The notes below the pieces were generated by a model. That model did no database searches. It was not told where the DNA came from and was given only the letters and a program-made list of their open reading frames with translations. A stretch of 64,000 nt of DNA from Trichosphaerium sp. ATCC 40318 (Eukaryota; Protista; Tubulinea): assembly GCA_038496445.1 (NCBI GenBank), contig JALMLS010000626.1, positions 1 to 64,000 of the forward strand, read 5' to 3'. Numbering within the stretch: the first letter of the stretch is position 1; each line of letters opens with the position of its first letter. Positions 53,442 to 64,000 of the stretch are shown one piece after another. The position numbers and the translations under genes were made by a program.

Positions 53442-54911
53442 CTACTGCAATGTACAGGCCCATGCTACAGCGTCTATACAGATAGCAAAAGTTCGTGATT
53501 TCAGTGCCATTGTTTCTTTAAAACCATTACATGTCCACTCCCATTCAACGAGGCGTTCAATAGCTAACATGTTTCTAACCTCCTTTGTTACAGCTGCCCA
53601 ACGAGCCTTTTCGTTGGCACGAACGGTAAACCGCCAAGCTCTCCCTTTTTTTCTCGTGTCCAGCATCTTTACCCATCTGTAAACTCCATTAGGAGAATGA
53701 AGCGTAGAACTAAAATATTGCTGTGCACACATAAAGTGATTTTATGTTTTTACATTTTTTCACACACTTGATCTCGCTTACCTCGAGAGTGATCTATATG
53801 TGGAGTAAGCGTTCGTTGGTCTCTTTCGTTTTTCGCTTGAAAATACGTTCAGGGCTAACATAAACGATTCGTGATTGCTACAAGCGCGTAAGCATAATGG
53901 TGACTTTGCTATTACCGTTACGTTACTTGAAACAATTGCTCATGAAAGCAAATTTCTCTTACAGGTAAAACGCCAAGTTGTAATACTGTAGCCATGCACA
54001 GAGCGTAAAGCACTGGTCGAGTATTCTTACCGCAAAACTTTCTCAAACACTCGTCATACTCCAAATTGAAGAGCTCCAGTGGATCCTAGATTACAAAACA
54101 TGAAGGTTAGCCTCCGCTGTTTGCCGTAAAAACATTCACTTTGGAATTAAAAAAAAGCGAACAAAAAAAGATATGTGTCGTTTCGGAAACGGAGGGATCC
54201 ATCACGTGATTAAAAACTATGCATAGTTTGCTTTTTTTGTTTTGTTTTGTTTCGTTTTTTTTTGTACCAAACTTCGTACGGTTGGTTTCTGTTCTTTGTT
54301 CTTTTTTTCGTTACACGTGTCTAGATGTATTTTAGTCATGGTGCTCAGCTCAGGTACGCCCAAGGAAGTAGGATGTAAAACCGTTTCGAAAGGATTCATT
54401 GGTGGTTTAGTTGGCTGAAAAGACAAAATTTTGATTGGAAATGAGTTGGTTAACTTAATGGTCTCGACACGTGGTTGTTCTCTTGTTTTCATTATTTTTA
54501 AACAGTACCATTGTTTAAGGTTAAATAATAGTACCTAGCACAAGCAGTCAAAGAAGGAGGTAAAAAGATTTTGTTTTGCCAGCCAATTTTCGTTGTACAC
54601 AATAAATTGTGATTCTTTTTTTTTCACTAGTTGTGTGGAGAATCTCTGCGATTTGAAACAACGTTTAAGGTCATAATACGATACCTGATAGATGGGAGAC
54701 CCCTATAGGAGCGTTATCTAGCTCACAAAAGCACCTCAGTTCGATTCTTGTTTAAATTAGCTGGCCCTTCCTGTCCGGAGAGCTTTTTCACGAAACACTT
54801 TGCCCTAGCGCGTCTACGACGCCTCTGTGGTTAAATAAGCGCTGCCCTCACTACTTTGAATCGATGGGTGCTTCCTTTACCAAGCGGGTGGCGAGTTACA
54901 TTGTCAGCCAT
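53442..54911 (-). CDS. Hypothetical multi-exon protein
   Basis: Series of GT/AG-bounded open exons ending in ORF 53442-53732; no motif recognised. Confidence 0.4.
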
Positions 54912-55368
54912 AAGATAAACACTATGCTTACAAGTACGGCAAAATTTATTTTTCAATAATAGAAAAACGATAAAAAGGTAAAAGGCTACACGATTCTTTT
55001 TAATATCACGTGCCTTGAGCGTGTATCTATCGTTTTTTCAACGTATGAGGGCGACTTGAATACATGAAGGATTCGGAGTGTTTTTAGCCCGTTAACTTAT
55101 GATACAAGTTGTTTAGCCTTTTGGGGAGCTATCTACGGAGAGGTATTCTTGCCGTGATGCCAAAGGTGAAGTAGAAACGCAATAATGAAAAAAATTAAAT
55201 CAGCGCAATGTGTATTGGTGTATTGAATCATCAACAAAAAATACAATTGCAACTTGCGTTAACGGGATTAATTCAAAACTAGTATTTTTTTTTTGTTTTT
55301 GTTGTCCAAGCGTTCACATTATCTGTGAACTATATTTTGGTTGTATTTACTAAGTATATAGCTAGTAT

Positions 55369-58056
55369 CTACACAATATCTATCGCTGTCGCTGGGGCCA
55401 TTAGGTGCTTTGTTGATCCCACCCCTAAAACCGATTAATATTAAAAACAGCCTGAGCACACTTTTTTTTTGCTAATGATTACCTAGCGCTTCGAGAGGGT
55501 CCACTGTTGTCAAGGGGGTTGTGCCAATACCTTCAACCAACCTCATTGATGTATCAACAGCATTGATCGTTGCAGCTAGCTGCTCTGGTGTACCATCCCA
55601 CCAATAAGGTATTAACACGAGCTTGATACCTACGAGATTACTCTTAGTAATTTTCGTTTTACTAATATTTTCCGTACCTCTATCTGTGCATACTTGTAAC
55701 TTCTCTGCGTCTCTACAAACTTGAAGAGCTAGAGGAGGGCTGTGTGGGGTCACTTGATCAAGAAAATGTTGTTCACCTGTACAAAATGAATAAACTGAAC
55801 TAGTAAAAGACTCTTACCTTGATACTCCAATGCAATATCGTATGTTGGTATAAACACATCCACAGATAGTGAGCGCCCTGTAGAAGGTCTGATACCGATA
55901 ATATGTTCTTCTAGAATCGCTAAAGGAGCTAGCAAGCGACGGACGCACTGAACCATGTACCTGTCATAATTTTAATCAAATTAGAAAAAAAACAGTCGGA
56001 AAAGAAAAAAAAAGGTGAACTGTACCTCTGCTTTGATTTTTTGTTAAACACGCTGAATTTATCCCATTCCCAATCATGATTCATGCCAGAGAATCGTAGC
56101 ATCCTTGGAAAGTATCTCCGAACGCCTGCACCGCCAACACTTACAATGTCTTGCTCTGACACTCGATACCTTAAAAAGCTATGAGACTTCTTTGTTTTGC
56201 TGCCATTCGCTGTACCATGCTTCTGGGCTATCAATTCTTAGTTGCTTTTTAGCTCTCGTGAAGAAATTCTCGAAAGATCCAGCTCGCAACCAGTAGTCCG
56301 TTTGGTGTTTTTTACTATTAAATAAATTTATGTGTCAGTTTTGTTTTACTTTTAAAGCGGTATGCTTCGTAACGCACGCAAAATTCCATGAGTATCTATG
56401 GTAAACAATACGTAGAGCATTTTGAAATGATGATCCAACGCTAAAATATGTTGTCAGTGACTATAGGTAACGAAAGCTAAAGAGGCACAAAACTTACGCT
56501 TTTATGGTATTAAACATAGGTGCGACATCATTGGACGTAGCGTTGTACCACCCACTGAGATCTTTTATATCCAGTTTATATGCTAGAGTATCGAATTCCT
56601 TGCGCGCTTGAGATATCCAGACGCTCTGGGTAGGCGTACTAAGAGGAAAAAGGCAAGTCAGCAAATAGGTTAACAGAACTAGGTAGTTTTCCCAAAAAAA
56701 ACGTGTACATAAACTTTTCACGTTGCCAAGCTTCTTTTGGGTAGATTGTTTTCAATGCACTGTATATGGAGCGGTCATATCTGAATAATAAACAACGTCA
56801 ATAGGGTAGTTCAAGATTGTTAAAAACCAAGAGATTCCAATGAAAAACCTTACTTTTCTAAAACAGGTTTTCCTCCTACAGCATTTATATCTTGTGGTAA
56901 CAAGTTATACCACCCTTCAATATTACTTATATCCAAAGTTTGTTTAATGTCATCAAAGAGCGCTTTTTGGTTTTTCTTATCGTCCCAGTAACCACGTGCG
57001 TTACGTCTAAACAACATCAAAAAATGCAGGAAAAAAAAAAGCAAAGTAACATACGCAAATTTATGTTCTTTCCAATCAAGCTCAGGGTAAAGATTTGACA
57101 ATGTCAAGAATATAGAGTCATCATATCTGGCGAGGACGGATTGACCACCTCGTTTGGTAATATCTGCATGGAGTATATTATACCAGTCTGTGAGTACTTT
57201 GACGCCAAGTTCTTGACCTATTTGTTGCATCTTTTTTTTCCGCAAGCCCTCGTCATCCCAAAAACCACGTGGGGAATTACTGAAATAATCAGAACGTTGT
57301 ATGCAAAAATGGTTCATTTTGTTGCCAACAATAAAAAATATTGACAAGAAAACAGTAATGTTACTTCATATTAATTAAAATCACGTGCCTGAACATATCG
57401 ATAATCCATTTCTTTCTTGGATACATAGCACACAGTGTTCTGTAGATTGATCCTTGGTATCTATCAAACACTGTAAGAACATCTCAGGTCAGTGCTTTTA
57501 ATCTATTTGCACCTGTTTGTCAAGATGCTTTGTGCACCGTGTTCGGTTAGATTTTTATAGGTTACACTGTACCAATCATCTAGTTCTTTAACGCCAAGGC
57601 TCTGTCCAATACTGTCAAATTTATCTCGTTGGTTTTTAATACTATTCCAGTGGTATTGAGGAACATTCCTGGTGCGTTGTTAGCATCTTTTAAGGTGTCA
57701 AGCGAAAAACGAACTTGAATTTCCATGCCCAAGAGTGAAGTGGGTACAAGTGTAATAAGACTCGAGATATGGAACCATTGTACCTACACAGTTACCATTA
57801 GCGTCTTGCTGTGTAGAAAAACTATAAAATGACATACTTAGTTGCTAGGACAGCCCCATGCTGCGCAAATCGCTCAGTTGATACGCTGTACCACTCATCT
57901 AGGTGCTTTACGTCCAACCGTTCGCCAATTGCATCTAATTTCGCTCGTTGATTTGTTTTACTATCCCAAAAACGATTTCTGGCGCGCCTGGGCGCGAATT
58001 AGCATATACATAAGATAATAAGTTACAAATACGCTTACGTACCCTACTGTACGCAT
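55369..58056 (-). CDS. Tandem Trp-rich repeat protein (6 repeats) with C-terminal Vsr/DUF559/RAP-like nuclease domain, copy 2
   Basis: Repeats such as NSPRGFWDDEGLRKKKMQQIGQELGVKVLTDWYNI..GGQSVLARYDDSIFLTLSNLYPELDWKEHKF. C-terminus EEH..VDVFIP..ALEYQG|EQHF..RDAEK..C..G|IKLVLIPYWWDG..EQLAATI. Confidence 0.85.
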
Positions 58057-58303
58057 GCTTGCGCGTCATGACCACGTTACCTAACAATGCGAAGATATTT
58101 TAGCACGTGTGGCAAAATAAAACTAGTAACACGGCTGATGGTACTTTTTTGGGCGCACACTTAACTTATTGCACGTGCACGTGCAATCAAACACACTTTG
58201 CTTTCGCTAATGAAAAAGATTTACAGTAAACAAACGCTTTTTCGCGTGCTTAAGTGTTTATTGTTAAAAAAACAACGCAAACACGCACGCACCACGTAAT
58301 ACA

Positions 58304-60327
58304 ATGGAAGTGGTACAACAAAAAGGTACAATAGCAAAAGTGGTTGGTTCCACTAATATTTTATACAGAGGTAAGTATGCTTGAGCGTTTCGTGGCATCT
58401 ATTGTATTGGCGGGCGTAGGAGATGCTATAGGTGCGTTATTACTCGGTTTTACGATTGTTATTTATGACAACCGCTACAGGGTATCACAATGGCGCCTGG
58501 GAGTTTGAATATTCAGGTACTTTGATTTAATACAAACATAAACAATTAATTTAATAACGGCGCCAGGCATCCAGGTTCACAAGGAGTTGAAGCGTAAGTA
58601 CGGCACAACTGATGATATAGAAGTCGAATCTCTAACGGTATCCGATGATCAGGTAACATCACAAACCTGTAATTACAACTCATTGAATGGTTTTTTGTCC
58701 TCCTAGGTGATGCACCTAGCAACTGCAGAAGCTCTTGTTGGTGCGATTTTTAAGAAAATGTTGGCTGACAGGACGTGTAGAGTCACAAAATGCTGAAGAA
58801 AGAGAAGACGTTTACAAGGCATTAGCACGTCACTATGTGCTTAGTTTCGATGATATGGGAGGTCGTGCACCAGGTACGCCATCACGAGAACAGTGTTAAA
58901 TTGACATAATGCAGGCCCAACTACAGGTTTGTCAGTGAGTCAATTACAACGGGATACATGGGACAGTGCGCTTTTTTTCTTTCTTTAATTCTCTCCTTAC
59001 GTGCTATTTCAAATACGTCGGTAGGTATACGGTATAGCCCCAGTGGTGGAGGATGTGGCGCATCTATGAGATCTATGTGCATCGGCTTGTTTTACTGTGG
59101 TGAAGCACAGGTATCAATTCTTTCTTGAAGACTCCATTTTATCTCACTCTTTTAACAGCGTGATCAATTGATAGCTGTAGCTATTGAAAGCGGTCGACTA
59201 ACACATAACCACCCTACTGGATTCTTTGGCTCATTAGTATCGTAAGTACATACAGGCTCTAACGAGATGTATAAAGAAGCTAACTGATTTTTTCTATCAA
59301 GTGCCTTATTCACTTCATATGCTATTGAGGGTATTCCTGTTGTAGGTGCGGTTTTTCTCATGTTTTCTTGAAATGGAGTTGACACGTTATATTGTTTAGA
59401 ATGGGGAAGATGCTTATTACGTTTGTTGCCAAGGGCATACGCATATTTGAAAACAATGGAGAGAGATTGGGGTGAATACCAAAAAGACTTACGTGTCTTT
59501 GAAAGGTACTGGATAGAATACCTCAATCTCCGATGTATTGCTAAAGATGTAAGTTGAAAGTACTACTTACGTGCTTATCTATACTTACAAAACCTGCCTA
59601 AGAACGAAAATGTCCCTAAGTTTCCAGAAGCTTATGGTGTAAAGGAACGAGACGCTTATTACAAATCTATCTCATATGCAGGCTGGGGTGGTATGTATAC
59701 TCAAAACACATGTCTTCTTTTACATAGTACTAATACTTGGAAATAAATAGGTGCTTCAGGACATGATAGTGTCATAATTGCATACGATGCTTTGTTAGGA
59801 GCTGGAAATGATTTTGGAGAATTGCTTAAACGAGGTGCTTTGCATGGAGGTGATAGTGATTCTACTGGGTACCCTTTTGTGGCAGTCTTTTTTGAACTAA
59901 CTGATATTAAAGTGTCATCGCTTGTAGCTGGTGGGGAGCTATACATGGTTTTAAAGGCAAGTCGAAAAAAGCAAAAAAAAACAACAAGTTGTTGAAGTCT
60001 GCTGTTGACTTGTATCCGTAGGTGTCTCAGGGAAAAATTATAAGAAGCTTGAGTATCGATACAGAGCACAAGAGGTACTGCCAATAAGATTAGATAACTG
60101 TTTTTGTATTAATGGCTTCGCAGTTGGGAATCTTGTTTTACAAGAGACATGCTGAGCGTCTTGGTTGTAATAAAGATGATAAGCTTCCAGAAGATTTAAT
60201 TGCTTTGCCTCCAAAGCGAGGACAAGATGCTGATCTCGACGTTTTGATGAGCGAAGATTCAATAGACTCAGATAAGACTGAAGAAATCAATAAAACATCA
60301 ACTGGAGATAAAAAAGAAGAACATTAG
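58304..60327 (+). CDS. ADPRH: ADP-ribosylarginine hydrolase (ARH1-like)
   Basis: GDAIG|Y..G.WEF, VSDD, DM.GRAP|[31 protein letters not shown]|[15 protein letters not shown]. Confidence 0.93.
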
Positions 60328-60676
60328 CTTGTTTGCAAGAATTACAGTAAATAAACCTTTCGTGTTCAAAGACTGAAACCGCTCGAACTTGAGTTCTTTG
60401 TTCGTCGTGCGGTTGCTAAATAAACAACAAGTTGTACATACTAGGAACTCGTTTTACGTTTTTAGTTTTTGAAGGCAAGACCAAATTGGGCGCGTCGTTA
60501 TCAGTGCTACAACCTTCTACGCATAATGCTATGTTACCCAATGGCGTACGATTAGAGTATAACTCGTTAAGCGACATTTGTATTCTTTTGTTTTGTTTCA
60601 GTGTTGGGAAATGTGATTATTTATTACAAAAAAGAAACCTTACAACGCGTTTACACATGTACAAAGACTTAGTGCG

Positions 60677-63580
60677 ATGACAGAACCTCCATCCCAAGCA
60701 TACACAATAGTTACAACCATTGGGCTAGCCTGGGAAATAGTTTTCTCGTTAATTGCTTGCGCATGCGTCGTTTGTAACACTTTACGTACAAAATACGATG
60801 GAAAGTGGTGGGAGGTTTTTTTCTACGCGCTGGTTGCCGCCCACGCAATTTGTACGTCACCTAGCAGCTACATTTTCACTTTTCTTGTCACGCAAATTTC
60901 CAGTTTTACTCTATTTCTCTCGTTATGCGCCACACCGCGTTAATACCATGTAATACTTGGTAACAATAACCGTCTGAATATCCTTTAGTAAATTCTGTCT
61001 TCTTATTCTTGTCACGAGACAATTTAGAAGCAGATATACTGTCTCTACTACCACCAGCCATATGGGTGGCGATTTGTATCATATTTATAAATTACTGGTA
61101 CGTTTTTCTGTTTTTTTATGAAATGTTTTTGGCCTTTTTGTAGGTTCTTTCTTTTTTTGTTTTTCTCTACGTACAGACACATGGATAACAAGATGACTCC
61201 CTTATTTTTTTTATTCTTTTAGGGCCAGGATTAAATTTGAATCAATACGTAAGCAAAGGTGGTTTTACGCCACAGCAGCGACTTCTTTAGTAACAGTATT
61301 GATAGTGATTGGCGTACAGGTTCGCCAAAACAAAAAAAACTCTTTGAAAAAACTTAAGATCAACAAAGTCTTTAGGTACTCATTTTCGAGTTACTACACG
61401 ACGAGGAGAATACAAGTATGATTTACAGCGTATCAGCCGGCTTTCTAGCCGTTTTTTATTGTATTATCGCTGCAATCACCCTCACATTTGCTGTTATTGT
61501 TTGGCCGCTTTTGAATGTCTCTATACATGGAAAATCAGCGGTGAGTAACTCCTCGCTTTTTTTTACCTTGACGCTGCTCTATGAGCGTAGCACGACAATT
61601 CCGATTTTTTTCCAAATGTGTCAAGTGTCATCCACATTTTGTTGTTTTATAAACTTACAAATTGATTGTAGTGGATCACTCTCACATGTTTGTTCTTTTT
61701 GTGTACATTATTCCGTGCTATAAATGATTTCTTGGGCGGTGTAATAAAGCTGCAGTATCCACTAAATCCAACAAACTCAAACGCAGCTCTTTTAATCCAA
61801 GAAGGTGCAAATCATTTACAACAAGAAAAAAGAAAAAAATTACTAGAGGTAATACTGATATCATTGCTGTAGGAATACCCCAGATGTGCCTTATTATACT
61901 AAGATCCTCGTATATATTTAATATGGCAACTATTGGCGGAGATGAAGCACAAAATTCACGTGTACCTTCAGTAAACAGTTACGGGAATGGTACGAACGGT
62001 ACATCTATTATTTCATCGTCGAAAAAGATGCCCTTAACAATTGTTTTGCCTTATGTACTTGTAGATATTATCTCCCTCAGAAACTCCATGAACGGTGATG
62101 GCAAACATACTAGTCAACGCGCAGGACCTCATAATCCAAAATACGACGAAAAAGATTACTTGCTAGGACCTGATGACAATACATCAAAACTCGTTGTTGG
62201 TACGGAATTCGTAAGTAACTGAAGGCGTTTAAACTCAATTTTTCAGCACTACGCGATGATCCTAGTGTAGGATTCATAGATATGGACAGTCTCAAACTAG
62301 TCAAGAAAGTTGGGAAAGGAGCTACTGGCCAAGTGCGTCTCATTGTTCTAACCAATACCCAAAAAACTTGTTTAACTCTTTACTAGGTGTGGGAGGGCGT
62401 ATGGGATGATACCACACGCGTGGCTATTAAAACATTAATGGAGAGGTCCAAGAGGTATGAAAAATTCGGTTTGAGATTTTCTAAATAAACTGGCAGTCGA
62501 ATGAAAGAAAAGGATGCAAGAAGTCTCATCAAAGAAATAAAATTATTGAGCAGTGTACAACATAATAACATAATACGATGCTTTGGAGCATCTGCTCAAG
62601 CTGAAACAGTATATCTAGTAATGGAATTCGCACCAGGTCAGTTCTACAGCCCTTTAGGAGCTTTTTTTGTTGAATTTTGAAAAAAACTTTATGCCCTATA
62701 CCTACGTAGCTTACACGTGATTTTCTAACATGAATTTTAATACTTGCTGTAATCAATACTTACCCCACATAGGAGGTAGCCTTGGACAACTATTGGATAA
62801 GAAAAATAAACTCCCTAGAGAAGCTATTGTACAAATTGCTTATCAGACAGCTTCGGGCTTGAGTTATCTCCATTCTCCTAAAATAAGCATCATTCATCGC
62901 GATTTGAAGCCTGATAATCTACTTGTACGCACAGGAGGCACTCACATCCCATCTATAACTCACATCGCTTTAGTTTGGTGCAAACAACGAAATTAAAATA
63001 GCAGATTTTGGAAGTGCCAAACTTGAAAGAAATACAAAGCGCTTCACGCTAAATCCTGGATTTACGCCAATCTACACAGCGCCTGAAATGGGTAGAGAGT
63101 TTAGTGAAGATGGCGTACAGCCTGATTACGGCTTTGCTGTTGATGTTTATTGTACGTTTGCCCATTTTGAGAAAAGAGCAGTAGGAGCTTACTTTTCCAA
63201 AGCGTTTGGAGTTATATTGTACCAAATGATAACAGGCAAGGAGCCCTTTGAAGGAAGGCAATTTTTAGAGGTAAGACAAACCACGTAGAATGTAAGGAAA
63301 TTTAATAGGGATTAGGTTTTTGTGGCTATGGTCAATAACAACCTCAAACTACTTGATGAATTTGTTATCCCAGATGAATTCCCAGAGCTTGGTGAATTAA
63401 CTCAAAGGTACCATTGGTTTTATTAGCTAGCATACCATTCTTTGTTTTTCGGTTGGGTGCTTACCTAAGATTATTAGCTGTATAGATCCCGATCCAAATG
63501 TTCGAATGACAAGTAAAGCTATTGCTTTATCTCTTCAAGAAGATTATAAACAAGCAAAGTCCTTTGTTATAGAATTGTAA
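60677..63580 (+). CDS. Seven-transmembrane domain fused to a TKL-type protein kinase
   Basis: Seven hydrophobic segments in the N-terminal exons. Kinase motifs VGKGATGQ|VWEG, VAIK, HRDLKPDNLL, DFG, TPIYTAPE, DVY. Confidence 0.8.
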
Positions 63581-63639
63581 ATAGAAAAAAACAAAATAAC
63601 AATTTTGATTACCACGCTTCACGTTCATTTATTGTCGTA

Positions 63640-64000
63640 TCTATAAGCCACTGCGCCAAAAGCGTATTAACTCACTCGCTATCGGAATGAGGTGAACCCT
63701 TATACTACATTATGTATGCAATCAAACGCATTCTGCAATCACGATTATTGCTTTAACAAGATAAACTAAGCTGTAAAACACTCATGTTAAATCAACAGTA
63801 GAATAAGCATTAAACCTGGAATGGTGCATTGGACAATTGTCCACTTGCACTAGAATGACTACTCGAGCTGGTTGGTAATCCAATTACTAGACATTTATGC
63901 AGAAAACTGATTTTAATCAATTGATTTATTACTTCATTTTATCCATGAACTGTTGAGCAACCTTTGTTGCTGTAGCAGCATCAGCTGCTTCAGCAATTAC
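63640..64000 (-). CDS. 3' end of an unidentified gene (runs off window)
   Basis: Short GT/AG-bounded exon-like segments only. Confidence 0.3.

Noticed and set aside
22450-58304. Very short divergent promoters (22450/22583, 38948/39076, 49814/49961, 58056/58304)
   Set aside because: Ordinary for a compact protist genome; no functional link between the partner genes.
1-64000. Alternative genetic code, selenocysteine, CRISPR arrays, tRNA/rRNA genes, prokaryotic operons
   Set aside because: ORF fragmentation is explained by introns; all three stop codons end genes; no repeat-spacer arrays or RNA-gene signatures seen by eye.

Overview
Gene-dense, AT-rich eukaryotic nuclear DNA. It has many short spliceosomal introns (donors mostly GTACGT/GTAAGT-like), and the gene content suggests an amoebozoan-type protist (Zn2Cys6-PAS transcription factor, 7TM-kinase fusion, filamin repeats). 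About 30 intron-split genes can be assembled by eye; the supplied ORF track mostly shows exon fragments. Recognisable housekeeping genes are ValRS, Sec1/Munc18, a CobW/ZNG1 GTPase, MTMR14, RBM34-like, PAQR, IPP-2, MAPEG and ARH1. Highlights: (1) two paralogous genes made of 5-6 exon-encoded ~75-aa Trp-rich repeats plus a C-terminal Vsr/DUF559/RAP-like PD-(D/E)xK nuclease domain, one lying tail-to-tail with a BAH-like + DNMT3-type cytosine methyltransferase; (2) an A20 zinc finger fused to an unassigned Cys-His-Asn papain-like domain (candidate deubiquitinase); (3) a Pam16 J-like domain on a >1000-aa protein; (4) a 757-bp non-autonomous hAT element with a perfect 8-bp TSD just upstream of a DUF2828/vWA gene; (5) a decayed inverted duplication of an aegerolysin-like gene; (6) window-wide CACGTG enrichment and several GC-AG introns. 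All exon structures and family assignments are manual and unverified by database search.
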